Positions 13,975 to 29,557 of a stretch of 64,000 nucleotides of DNA are shown here, piece by piece. Below the pieces are notes generated by a model. That model had not been told where the DNA came from. It did not search any database and worked only from the letters and a program-made list of their open reading frames with translations. Numbering within the stretch: the first letter of the stretch is position 1; every line of letters begins with the position of its first letter. A program made the translations under genes and the position numbers. Location: positions 2,592,001 through 2,656,000 of the forward strand of contig CM000153.2 in assembly GCA_000004695.1 (NCBI GenBank), written 5' to 3'. This stretch comes from Dictyostelium discoideum. Its lineage: Eukaryota.

Positions 13975-16631
13975 TATTATTATTTATAATTTACACACAA
14001 AATTATTAAAAATAAAAATAAAAAAAAAAAAAAATAAAAAATATTAAACACTTGGGTTTTTATTTTTTTTTTTTATTTTTTTCATTTTTTTTTTATTTTT
14101 TTTATTTTTTTTATTATTTTTATAAAAAAAGTCTTTTCACTATTCCCAAATTCCATTTTTTTTTTTTTTTTTTTTTAACACCAAAATGAAAAATAATATA
14201 ATTTTTTAAAAATATATTTTTTTTTTTTGTTTGGGAATAAAATTTTTAATTAACAATAAAGATAAATTTAATTTAATTAATAAATAAAATTGGTTTACAT
14301 TTTTTTTTTTATTTTATTTTATTTTTTTTTTATTTTCTTTAGAAATAAATTTTTTTTTTTTTTTTTTAAAAATAATAATAAAGATAAATTTAATTTAATT
14401 AATAAATAAAATCTATTGCTTCTTTTTTTTTCTTTTTTTTTTTTTTTTTTTTTAAAATTTTTTATTTTATATATTTTTAAAAATTTAAATTTAGATTACT
14501 TTTGTCAGATATATAAATTAAAATAATAGAATTGTTAGATATAAAAATTTAAAAATTCATTTACACAAAAGTGATACTTTTACAAAAATAAAACGATTTA
14601 CATAAATAGTTTTGGTAATTTACATTTTCCTTACTAATCAAAGAGTATTCATTTATTGATTACTTCACATATATATATTGTTGTGTCAACCAATACAATA
14701 ATGTACATTCACACAATAAATACACCGCACCACTCACATCATCTCTCTCTCTCACTAAAATGACAATATCAAAATTATGTTTATTACTGCAGTATAATCT
14801 GGCCATCTTAATTTTACACTTTTTGATTTATTTTATTCTTCAACTATTTCGTTATCCAAATTTAATTATTAAAATAATTTATTCATTTTAATATGACAAG
14901 ATATCAAGCCTAACCCTTAAAATAACAATTTTTTTTTTTGTTTTTTATTTATTATATCTTTCCATTTAATTTTATTATTTTTAAATATTTTAATTTTAAT
15001 ATGGTAAAATTTAATTTTCACAAACACACACCCAAATTAAACACATCTAAACACACACACACACAAATAACACACCAATAAAACTCTCCCCATTTTAAGA
15101 ATTCAAAGGGACACCACCCACAAACACACAAACAACACATTTTTCTCACAGATATGTTGTTTTAGTTTAGGATATCTCTTTAATATTCAGATATATAAAA
15201 TTATTTTAATATAAGAGGGTACCATATATATATATATATATTGCTTAAATATGTTGTGTTTTTAATTTTATTATTTTAAAATTTTTTATTATACCTCTTT
15301 TTATTAACCCACAAAATAATATAAATGTATGTGGATTATCAGTTTTAGTTTAAAAGATTACAGTGAAAATTAAATTCCAATTCAAATATCAAATGAAATA
15401 TTATAATTATCTATAGATATAAGCTAAAATTTTAGTTGTGTGTGTGTGTGAGCATTTGTTTTTTTTGTGTGTATTTAATATAACTAAATAAATTTATTTA
15501 TGATAATAATTATAATTTTAATTTAATATAATAAAATATCATTATCATTATTTTAAAAACACTTACTAAATAAATAAATAAAAATTATTTCAAATTTTTA
15601 TAATAATTTAATTCATCGACGAATATGCAATCTTTTTAACTGGGATATATATGGAATTATTTTTAATAATGTGTGATATATATAAAATAATAATAATAAT
15701 AATCAATAAAAAAAAAGGGGGGGTAAATAATAATTATATATATTATAATGAATATACTTTATTTTATTTTTTTTTATGTATAAAATATTTTTTAATATAT
15801 AATATATAGGTATTGTTATTATATATATATATTTTTTGACTGTTGTTGTTGTTATTAGTTTTTGGTTGTTGTTATTAATTTTTCAAATAAATCGAATTGA
15901 AATAAAATTCGGACCACCATCACCACACTATTTTGATTTATTTAAATATTTCAATTTTTATTTTTTGGGATAAATTGAACCCCCTTCCACATTTAAATTG
16001 CCCCGGATAAAATCGTACAATATTCTATCCATGTTTTTTGTTAATTAACAAGTGCCCTGTATGCTACCATCAATTAATTTATCTGTCAATAATAAGTTTA
16101 TTGTTGGTATAGATTAAAAAACAATAACAAATTTAAATAAATTATTTTGAAAATAATAAAACATTTTAAATAAAAAAATAAAATAAAATTATAAAAAATA
16201 TTAATAATAATAATTAAAAAAAAAAAAAAAAACTATAAATAAACTTTTTTTTTATTTCATTATTTTAAAATAATAAATAATAATTAATAATAATAATAAT
16301 AAAATAAAAATAATAATAAAAATAATAATAATAAAATAATAGTAAAACACATAACAACACACACATTTTACTTTTTTTTATTGAGATTTTTTTTTTTGAT
16401 TACTATTTTTAATAATAATAATATTTTAAGAAATAGAAAAAATATAAAAAAAAAAAAATATTAAAAAAAACAACATCAATAATAAATTAAATAAATTAAA
16501 TAAATTAATATTTTATTAAATAATCTAAATCAAAATAATTACTAAATACATACACACATATATATTTATATATATAAAATTATTATTTTTTAATTAATTT
16601 AAATAATTAATTATTTGAAGAAAAAAAAAAA

Positions 16632-18914
16632 ATGAAAATAAGTTTTAAAAATTTAATTTTTATTTCATTTTTAATAATAAAAGTTTCATCATATGGTGAA
16701 CCAAATTTAAGAGGTAATCCAAATTGGTTTGAAAGAAGTAATCATGTATTAGTTAATTCAGTTAGAATTGCACCAAAGGAATACCAAAATAGATATACAC
16801 AATTTGGAAATCAAGATGTATTATCTCCATCAATTTATCCATCAGTGCCACCATTATTCTTTGAATTTTCATTAGGAGCATCAGCATTGGCTCATGCAAG
16901 AGATATGTCAATAAACAATTGTTTTTCACATGAATCATGTGATGGAACAGATTCCGATACCAGAATCAATGAATACTATCATTGTGATGAAATCCATGGT
17001 GAAAACATTGCAGCAGGTTATGATTCACCATTGATCACCAATAATCAATGGGTTTGTGATGATGGCACCAATGACCCATACTCAAATCCAACATGTGCTC
17101 AAGATGCTTCAGGTTCCGATGGTCATAGAGCAAATATTATGAATCCAAATTTCAAGGCAATAGGTGTTGGTTTCTCTTTTACCTCTGATAGCACCTACCA
17201 TTCCTACTGGACTCAAGATTTTGGCGCTCAACCATGTTTTAACATTACCAATCAACCAATTCATTCGGGTTCTCATTTATTCTTAAATCAAAACAAATTA
17301 ACTTTTATGGTCGATTGGTATGATCAAGTTGAACCAACCGTTGCTTACGTTGTAATTAGTGGTAAACCTAATAAATTGAATTTAGAAATGGGTTCAAAAT
17401 CAAAAGGTATTTATAGTTTATCAGTCCCAATCGAGAATCAAAAATCAAATGATGATGATAATAAAAAATCAAAAACTCAACAGGCTTCTGATTTTGCAAA
17501 GAAATTATTACATTTAGATTCCTGTAGAGATTATTATTTCTATTTTGAAAAATCAATCATTACAAATACAACAAATTCAACAGTTCAAGTAACTGATAAA
17601 GGTAATGTCACACTCACTTCCTATTCATTTTCAAAATCAACTGAAATCTTTAGATATCCACATTTTGGTTATTTAACTACTTTTGGTGAAGGTAATTGTA
17701 AAAGATCTTATTCAATCAATGGTACTGAATATAATCCTTATAATAATTTTAATTCTACAACTGGAATGCATTCTTCAACTTCATCTTGGTCATCAACTTC
17801 TTCAACTTCTTCGTGGTCTTCAACTTCTTCAACTTCATCATGGTCTTCAACTTCTTCAACCTCTTCATCTCCTTCTACTGTTCCACCAACAAATAATAAT
17901 GGTGGAAATAGTAATAATTCTGAACAACCATCTTCAACAACAACAACTACTACTACATCTTCTACAATAGGTACAACAATGGAACCAACAACTTCAACAA
18001 CAACATCAACAACAACTTCTACAACTATTGAACCAACTACATCATCAACAACAACATCAACAACAACTTCTACAACTGGATCATCATCATCATCATTATC
18101 ATCATCATCATCAGATAAATTTGATTCATTTGAATCATCAATTGAAATATTTAATAGTAACCATAAATTTATTGGATGCTTCAATGATGATATTTCTCAT
18201 GATTTACCATTTAATGAAATTTTTTCAATAAATATGACAAATGATAAATGTGAATCTTATTGTACAAAGAATGGATATAAATATGCTGGAACAGAGTTAG
18301 GAACACAATGCTATTGTGGTAATTCATATGGTCACTATGGTAAAGCTAATAAAGAATCTGATTGTAATTTTAAATGTGGTGGTGATAAATCTAAAATCTG
18401 TGGTGGTAATGATAAAATCTCTGTTTATAAAACAAGTTATAATGGTTGTTTCTCATATGAACCATTGATTGGTCATTTCTCAATCTCTGCAAGTAGTCCA
18501 AATATGACAGTTGAGGGATGTAGAGCTCATTGTTTTAAAAATCATTATTTAATTGCTGGTTTATCACGTGGTAATCTTTGTTTCTGTGGAAATGATACAA
18601 TTTTTGAGCAACAACCACAAACCGAAAATCCCTCAAGACCAAAATCAATTCCAACTTGTAATTCCAAATGTACAGGTTCAAATAAAGAAAATTGTGGTGG
18701 TGTAAATGAAATTTCAATCTATTCAACTGAAAATATTTCAAATCTTTTGGTACCTGATAATTTAAAGGATACATCTTCTTTATTAAATCAAAATCAACAA
18801 CAACAACAACAAGAACAAGAACAAGAACAAAATAATTCACAACCATTATTATTAATATCATTAAAATCATATATATTAATAATAATAATAACAATATTTG
18901 TATCATTAATTTAG
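16632..18914 (+). CDS. Secreted, probably GPI-anchored protein: N-terminal CAP/SCP (bacterial YkwD-like) domain, Ser/Thr-rich mucin linker, two WSC carbohydrate-binding domains, hydrophobic C-terminus. Single exon.
   Basis: Signal peptide MKISFKNLIFISFLIIKVSS. CAP motifs ALAHARDMS..CFSH..GENIAAGY..GHRANIMNPNFKAIGVGF..YWTQDFG. SSTSSWSSTSS and TTSTTTSTTT repeats. Two WSC-type Cys patterns (GCFND..MT..C..YC..GY.YAG.E.G..CYCG..C..KCGG....CGG..VY; CFSY..MT..C..HC....AG...G..CFCG..C..KC.G....CGG). C-terminal LLLISLKSYILIIIITIFVSLI. Confidence 0.75.
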   Translation: MKISFKNLIFISFLIIKVSSYGEPNLRGNPNWFERSNHVLVNSVRIAPKEYQNRYTQFGNQDVLSPSIYPSVPPLFFEFSLGASALAHARDMSINNCFSHESCDGTDSDTRINEYYHCDEIHGENIAAGYDSPLITNNQWVCDDGTNDPYSNPTCAQDASGSDGHRANIMNPNFKAIGVGFSFTSDSTYHSYWTQDFGAQPCFNITNQPIHSGSHLFLNQNKLTFMVDWYDQVEPTVAYVVISGKPNKLNLEMGSKSKGIYSLSVPIENQKSNDDDNKKSKTQQASDFAKKLLHLDSCRDYYFYFEKSIITNTTNSTVQVTDKGNVTLTSYSFSKSTEIFRYPHFGYLTTFGEGNCKRSYSINGTEYNPYNNFNSTTGMHSSTSSWSSTSSTSSWSSTSSTSSWSSTSSTSSSPSTVPPTNNNGGNSNNSEQPSSTTTTTTTSSTIGTTMEPTTSTTTSTTTSTTIEPTTSSTTTSTTTSTTGSSSSSLSSSSSDKFDSFESSIEIFNSNHKFIGCFNDDISHDLPFNEIFSINMTNDKCESYCTKNGYKYAGTELGTQCYCGNSYGHYGKANKESDCNFKCGGDKSKICGGNDKISVYKTSYNGCFSYEPLIGHFSISASSPNMTVEGCRAHCFKNHYLIAGLSRGNLCFCGNDTIFEQQPQTENPSRPKSIPTCNSKCTGSNKENCGGVNEISIYSTENISNLLVPDNLKDTSSLLNQNQQQQQQEQEQEQNNSQPLLLISLKSYILIIIITIFVSLI

Positions 18915-19032
18915 AAAATATAAAAACATTTAAATGTTTGTAATAATAAAATAAAAATTGTAATATTATATATAATATATTTAATGGTTTAAATTATTTA
19001 TTTTTTTTTTATTTTTTATTATTTTTTTTTTT

Positions 19033-20607
19033 CTAACCTAATTTTTTCATTTGATCTTTAATTAATTTTTCAGGATTAATTATATGTAATCTTATTAAAA
19101 TTGATAAAATTCTATTAACAAAATAATAGTATAATTCATAACCTTTTAACATTACTTCTAATGATACTTTCTCTTCAACACTTTTTACTAATCTAATGAT
19201 ACCACTATTTTTTGAAGAATTACTATTTAAACCTTTGGCAGCATAACGAGCCATAATTGAAAATCTATTAACTGGACTACCAAGTTCCATATTGATTGAT
19301 CTTAAAAGGTTATTATTTCTTAAGATTAATAGTAAATGTCTTGGCATTGCTTTCATTAAGAGATTGATATCTTTAAGTCTTTCAATTGCACCTGATAATA
19401 GTTTCTCCAATTCTTCTGATGATATTGAATTTGATAAACCAACTGAAGAACCTTCGAAATTACGCATTAGAATCATTGTTGAGAAAAGTTTCCAATTTTG
19501 TACACCCAATGCTTTACTATATTTTTCAACTTTTTTATTGTTACACAATACTAAATTCTTGTAGAGGTTACAGAAATTCAATCTAAATTCTTCATCGTAC
19601 TCTCTATATAGGCCATGATCCAATAATACTATTTGTGGTTGATTTGGGTGGTTTGGATGTTGTCTAACTAAAACGTTACCAGCATGAGGATCCACATGAA
19701 CAAAGGCATGTATGAAAATTTGTTCACACATAATCTCCATGAATCTTTGAGAGACAGTTTTCTCACTTAAACCCATTGATCTTATGGCTTGAACATTATT
19801 GATTTTACAACCATGAATAAACTCTGTCGTTAGAATTCTCTTTGAAGAATAGGGTCTAAACACTTTTGGAATGTAGGCATTGTTATTTGAAGAGAGATCT
19901 TGAGCGGCACGTTCAGCATTATCAGCCTCTTGAGAGAAATCCAACTCTTTTATTAAAACATTTTTCATTTCCTCAGCCATCCAATTGAATTCAAAATCTG
20001 GGAATGCCATATTGACCAAAGTCAACAAAACATTGTGAGTGAAAATGTCACCATCGAAATTTCTCTGTAAATCTACATATTGCACTTTGACAGCAACCTC
20101 TTCACCCTCCTTTGTAATTGCTCTATGAACTTGTGCTAATGATGCAGCTGCAATTGGTAATCTATCGAAATCAGAGAAATAATGGTTTGGTGCGTTACCT
20201 AAATCCTTTAAGAAAACACTTTCAACTTCGTAGAAATCACGCCATGGTGCTTGATCTTGTAATACTGAGAGTGTTTTAGTATATTGAATTGGTAAGATAT
20301 GATTTAAACTTGCAATATATTGACCTGCTTTAATATATAGTCCACCATTGGTTAAACATAAATCCAATATTAAATCAGCAGATTCTTGATGACATATCTT
20401 TGATTTCTCTAAATATTCCGATGACTTTTCTGGTGTATATGAAAGAATCTTATAATTTATCATAATTTTAGTTGCACATTTCATTGCTCTATAAAATCTA
20501 ACAATAACATTCATCATTGATCCAAAATAACTATCTGGTGTTTCATATGAATAAATTATTAATGCAATTGCTGCTAAAATACTTGCTATAGTTTTCTTAT
20601 AATCTAA

Positions 20608-20687
<80 letters not shown>

Positions 20688-20851
20688 ATGTTAATAATTA
20701 ATAAAAGTTTTTTTTTTTTTTAAAAAAAATAAAAAAAAATGATTTAACTTACTTTTTGCAAATCTTTGTAATACATTTAAAAACTCTTGTGGTGTAATTA
20801 CAGTTTTTTTTAAAATATCTCTTAATCTATCTTTACTTGTTTTTTTTTTTG

Positions 20852-20915
<64 letters not shown>

Positions 20916-21085
20916 TGATGATGGTGGTTTAGCTTGACATGGTTGTGGTTTGGTAGTTGTGAATGAATTTAGATTATATTTATTTGAAAGTGAAGAAAAG
21001 AATTGAATTGAAGATGGTTTTATTTTATTTTCCATAACATTTTTAAAATTATTATTTATATAATATACATTATTTATTTTATTTA

Positions 21086-21116
<31 letters not shown>

Positions 21117-21269
21117 TAGGAAATTGTATTTATTATTTGAAAATTTTAATAGGCCATTATTATTAGTATTATTATTTTTAATTGAATTTATAATATTGTT
21201 TCTAAAAGATGTTACAATAAAATCTTTATGTTTTAGTTTTGATAGTAATGAAAATTTTAAAATTTTCAT
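19033..21269 (-). CDS. ABC1/ADCK1-type atypical kinase (aarF domain kinase) with a poly-Q-containing N-terminal exon. Two exons: complement(join(19033..20603,20753..21269)).
   Basis: LYIKAGQYIASL..PIAAASLAQVHRAITKEGEEVAVKVQ..HVDPHAGNVLVRQ match ABC1-family signatures. Exon 1 (MKILKFSLLSKLK.., poly-N, (CAA)n poly-Q) ends A|GTAAGT. Acceptor ttattag at 20605-04 restores frame (..QRFAK N YKKTIASIL..). The (TAAA)n repeat at 20596-20690 lies in the intron. Confidence 0.75.
20596..20690. repeat. (TAAA)n tetranucleotide microsatellite inside the ADCK1-like gene intron.
   Basis: ataaataaataaa tandem run visible. Confidence 0.9.
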
Positions 21270-21309
21270 TATTTGTTAATTATGAATTATAATGCCAATT
21301 CAAAATTTG

Positions 21310-21357
<48 letters not shown>

Positions 21358-21792
21358 ATTTTTAATTTAAAAAAAAAAAAAAAAATGAAAAAAATTAAAA
21401 TAAAAAAAAAATTACATGTAATTATTTGTTTTTTTTTTGGGATTTTCGAAAAAAAAAAAAAAAGTAATTTTAATAATATCTAGATTGGTTCAGGTTTAAT
21501 TTAAAAAAAAAAAAAAAATCAAAAAAAAATTTTATTGATGCATTCATTTTGTTTTTTATATTTATCTTTTTGGAATTTTGGGCGTTAAACATAATGGAAA
21601 ATTTTTTTTTTTGATTGAAAGTCAAGATAATAAGTTTTTTTATTTTTTGGTTTTTTTTTTTTTTTTTGTTTTTCAATAATAATTATATATTATTGCACTG
21701 TGTCGAAAAAATTTTTTTTTTTTTTTTTTTCAAACAATTGGATTTGTCCGGTTGAACGAAAATAATTAATTTTTTTTTTTTTTTTTTTTTTT

Positions 21793-21824
<32 letters not shown>

Positions 21825-21920
21825 CAATAGATTGTTCATGTTAATCGGTTTTATAAACAAGTTTTTTTATTTTTTCATTTTTTATTTTTTTTTTTTGTTT
21901 TTCTTTAAAATCACAATACA

Positions 21921-25056
<3,136 letters not shown>

Positions 25057-25130
25057 TTAATTAATTAATTATGGAAATAAAAAATTCTTTCCATTATTTT
25101 TTTTATTTTTTTATTTATTTTAATTTTATT

Positions 25131-26104
25131 TTACATTTTTGAAAGAGAGAGTGATGGATCTGCTACTAAATCATCTCTTCTTTGTTTTGTTATTGGAACA
25201 ATACTTTTAAAACTTTTATGTGTTGCATCTAAATATTTTTTTTTTTTTAATTAAATATTAAAAAATAAAATTAGTTTTAAAATTTTTTAATTTAATTTAT
25301 GTTAATATTTTAAAATATTAATAAATAATTACCTCTAGTTAATTGAAAAATAATACTCTCAGTAGTAGTAATGAAAGCACCAGATTGTCTCATTCTTTCT
25401 AATGCAATTAAACGATCATTATTATTATTTGAAGAAACAGCATCAGAGAGAATATGAACATCATATCCATTCTCTAAGAAATCTAATGTTGATTGTAAAA
25501 CACAAACATGTGTTTCAATCCCAGTAATTAAAATTGATTTTAAATCTTTATGGTTTTGTTTTAAATGATTCAATACTTCATTGGTACACATTGAATAAAG
25601 TGTTTTTTCAAATATTTTAGTTTGATTATTTTCATTTCTTTCTTTTAATAAATCTTCAAATGTATGTCCTAAACCTTTTGGATATTGTTCTGTAAATATA
25701 ATTGGTACTTTTAATTCATTACATACTCTCATCTGTATATATATATATAAAAAAAAAAATTAAAAAAATAAAAAAATAAAAAAAAAAAAAAAATTTAGTA
25801 TCTTTAAATCATATCAATAATAATAACTTTATCCTCTTTAATTATCCTAAAAAATAAAAATCATACCATATATTTTGATTGATTAACAACACCATTAAAT
25901 TTAAATATATGATTTGCAAATTTACTTTGAATATCACAACTATTTTTAAAAATTAAAAAATAAAAAATAAAAATAAAAAAAATAAAAAAAAAATTAAAAA
26001 AAAAATTAAAAAATTTAATATGTTATAATATAAATTAGTAAATAATTTACTTACATAAATAAAGCAGAAGTTTCTGGTACAATTTTTCCAAGTGATCTTA
26101 TCAT
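25131..26104 (-). CDS. Isochorismatase-family hydrolase (ISOC1/2-like), copy A, C-terminus -SKM. Four exons: complement(join(25131..25228,25333..25732,25867..25939,26055..26104)).
   Basis: MIRSLGKIVPETSALF|ICDIQSKFANHIFKFNGVVNQSKYM|MRVCNELKVPIIFTEQYPKGLG..ITGIETHVCVLQSTLDFLENGYDVHILSDAVSS..RMRQSGAFITTTES..QLTR|DATHKSFKSIVP..SLSKM is collinear with ISOC2. Donors GTAAGT, GTATGA, GTAATT. Confidence 0.8.
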
Positions 26105-26767
26105 TTTTTTTTTTAAAAAAGAATTGTTGTTTTTGTGTGAATATGAAATTTAATTAAAAAAAAAAAAATTAAGAAAATTAAAAAATAAAAAATGAAAATT
26201 AAAAAAAAATAAAAAAATAAAAAAATAAAAAAAAAATAAAATAAAAAATAAAAAATAAAAAACAAATAAATTCAAATAAATATTTATTTTCCAAATAATT
26301 TCCTTTTTAAAAAAATTTTAAAAATTGAATGTCTATATGTTTTTTTGAAGGTTGTTTGTTTTTCTAGATTTTGGCTAAAAATTAATTTGGGAGGCAACTT
26401 TGCCAAATCAATATACACTCAGTAGTTTATTTTTTGACAATACATAATATAAAAAAAAAATACATATAGTTTTTACCATATTCATTAAATTTTAGTTTAA
26501 ATTTTACAATAAAAAAAAAAAAATAAAAAAAATAAAAAAAATAAAAAAAATAAAAAAAATCGAAATTAAATAATCAAATGAATATGCTGTAAAAAAAAAA
26601 AAGATATTTGAAAAAACTTGTAATAGAAAAGACACAGATAATTGATTCACTTATTTTTTTTTTTTTTTTTTACACAAATATTTTTTTTAATATTTTATTA
26701 AAAAAAATATATATGGATATATAAAATTATAATATTTATTAATTTTAATTTTAATATTATTATTTTT

Positions 26768-27607
26768 TTAGTCGAATAATGGAATTTTGCAAAAATTAGC
26801 AGGTGTACAAGTACGAAGATTTGAATTTAATGAATTAATTTTATCCATATCTTCATTTGATAATTGGAAATCAAAGATATTGAAATTTTCAATGATACGA
26901 GCAGGATTTGAAGATTTTGGAATTGTTACAATACCTCTTTGATTCAACCATTTGAAGATAACATTTGCAACTGTTTTATTATGTTTATCAGCGATTGATT
27001 TTAGTGTTTCATTTGATAAAAGATCGCATTTACCTTGACCCAATGGACTATAGGCTGTTAAGACGATACCATATCTGTCACAGAAATACTTTAAATTTGG
27101 TTGACTAAGGTATGGATGAACTTCAACTTGATTAATTGCCGGTTTAATTTTAGCATAAGTTAAGAGATCAACTAAATTTTGAACATTGAAATTTGAAACA
27201 CCGATTGACTTAACCAATCCATATTCAACCAATTTCTCCATCTCTTGCCATGTTTCACGGATTGAAACTGCTGCTAGCACTGGTTCACCATCGCTGTCTC
27301 TCAATGGTTGAGTGGTTGTTCCTGATGGATCTGCATTTTCAAATGCAATTGGCCAATGAATTAAATATAAATCTAAATATTCTAATCCTAAATCTTCCAA
27401 TGTCTTTTCACAATGTTTACGAACTAAACTTGCATGATGGCATGAATTCCAAAGTTTACTAACATAAAAAATATCTTCTCTTTTAATTTCTCCTTCTGCA
27501 AATACTTCTTTTAATGCATGTCCAATCTCTTTTTCATTCATATAAATTGCTGCACCATCAATATGTCTATATCCTATATATTTTATAATTTTTTTTTTTT
27601 TTTAAAA

Positions 27608-27648
<41 letters not shown>

Positions 27649-27789
27649 CATAAACTTACCACTTTTTAAAGCAACTTTAACAGCATCCCCAACCTCACCT
27701 ACTTTTGCGCCATTATAAGTACCAAGACCAATCATTGGTATATGGTGAATATCATCATTCAATTTGAATGTATTTTGTGGTTGTGACAT
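26768..27789 (-). CDS. Aldo-keto reductase (aldose-reductase-like AKR1 family). Two exons: complement(join(26768..27573,27660..27789)).
   Basis: MSQPQNTFKLNDDIHHIPMIGLGTY..ALKSG|YRHIDGAAIYMNEKEIGHAL..LWNS..LDLYLIHWP..IGVSNF.. are AKR motifs. Donor G|GTAAGT, acceptor atatatag, phase 1. 311 aa. Confidence 0.85.
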
Positions 27790-28293
27790 TTTTATATTTG
27801 TATTTTATTTATGGTGAATTTACAAATATTTTTTTTTACAAAAAAAAAAAAAAAAAAAAAAAAAAATTAAAATATTAATTTAGAAAACGATCTGCAAATG
27901 AAAAAAAAAATAAAAAAAAAAAATAAAATAAAAAAAATTAAAATATTAATTTAGAAAACGACGATCTGCAAATGAAAAAAAAAATAAAAAAAAAAAAAAT
28001 AAAATAAAAAAAAAATAAAAATTAATTTGGTCCGAAAGTAGGAAATGTTTCGAGTATTAGGAAAAAAAGTGAATTTTAATTAATTTGTTATTAAATTTGA
28101 TTTTATTTAATTTTTTTTAATTTATTTTTTTTTAATTTTTTTTCCAATTTTTTTTTTTTTCAGATCTGAATCTGTAAATAAAAAATATTTAAATTAAAAA
28201 AAAAAAAAAAAAATAAAAATAAAAATCTAAAAATAAAAATAAAAATCTAAAAATAAAATTATTTTTTTTTTTTTCTTTTTTTAATCAAAAATT

Positions 28294-28401
28294 TTATAAT
28301 TTTGAAAGAGAAGATAGTGATGGATTGGCTAACAAATATTCTCTTCTTTCTTGAGACAATGGAACTATATTTTTAAAACTTTTATGTTTTGCATCTTTTT
28401 C

Positions 28402-28440
<39 letters not shown>

Positions 28441-29189
28441 AATAAATAAAATAAATATTATTTATATAAAAGTAATAATGATGGTACTAAATAATTACCT
28501 TTAGTTAATTGGAATGTAATTGTTTCAGTAGTAGTAATGAAAGCACCAGATTGTCTCATTCTTTCTAATGCAATTAAACGATCATTATTATTATTTGAAG
28601 AAACAGCATCAGAGAGAATATGAACATCATATCCATTCTCTAAGAAATCTAATGTTGATTGTAAAACACAAACATGTGTTTCAATCCCAGTAATTAAAAT
28701 TGATTTTAAATCTTTATGATTTTGTTTTAAATGATTCAATACTTCATTGGTACACATTGAATAAAGTGTTTTTTCAAATATTTTAGTTTGATTATTTTCA
28801 TTTCTTTCTTTTAATAAATCTTCAACTGTATGTCCTAAACCTTTTGGATATTGTTCTGTAAATATAATTGGTACTTTTAATTCATTACATATTTTTATCT
28901 AAATTGTAAATTAAAAAAAAAAAAAAATAATAAAAAATTAGTATCTATTAATTAAAAAAAAAAAAGGACAAGTCTTCAAATCATACCATATATTTTGATT
29001 GACCAACTACATCATTAAATTTAAATATGTGATTTTCAAATTTACTTTGAATATCACAACTAATTTTAATAAAAAAAAAAAAATAAAAAAAAAAATCAAT
29101 AATTGTTGATATCTAATAAAAGTTTGAAAATTAAAAATTTACATAAACAATAATGAAGTATTCGGTGAAAGATTTCCTACAGATTTCAT
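28294..29189 (-). CDS. Isochorismatase-family hydrolase, copy B (paralogue of 25131..26104), C-terminus -SKL. Four exons: complement(join(28294..28394,28499..28898,28987..29059,29143..29189)).
   Basis: Same four-exon structure and identical exon lengths (47/73/400 nt) as copy A. MKSVGNLSPNTSLLF|ICDIQSKFENHIFKFNDVVGQSKYM|IKICNELKVPIIFTEQYPKGLG..|DAKHKSFKNIVPLSQERREYLLANPSLSSLSKL. Confidence 0.8.
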
Positions 29190-29557
29190 TTCTGTCTACA
29201 TTAAATGATAACTAAAAAAAATAAAAAAAAAATAAAAAAAATGAAAAAATTAAATTAGTAAAAAAAAAAAAAAATTAAAAAAAAAATAATCCAACGTGGA
29301 CATTATTAATTTGTTTGTACCAAAAATAAGGAAAATAAATAAACTTTGGAATAGAGTTTTTTTTTTTAAAAATGTTTTTTTTTTATATTTATTTCTTTCT
29401 TTTTATTGTTTTTTTGGTTTTTTTTTTTTTTTTTTTTAGGTTTTTCTTTTAATAATAAAATAATTGTAGCATTAAATTTTAACTTTGGGGGAAAAAAAAA
29501 GTTTTTTTTTGTTTCCTTTTTATGTTTTTATGTTTTTTTTTTTTTTTTTTTTTTTTT

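Noticed and set aside
17683-18184. ORFs 17683..17970 (+) and 17738..18184 (-), encoding poly-D/V/E and L/Q-rich peptides
   Set aside because: These are alternative-frame and antisense readings of the Ser/Thr mucin-repeat region of the CAP/WSC gene, which is itself one continuous 760-codon frame.
21470-21676. 68-aa K-rich ORF in the ADCK1 / poly-Q-gene divergent intergenic region
   Set aside because: It is a poly-A/T tract translated as poly-K/F. This is typical promoter DNA, not coding sequence.
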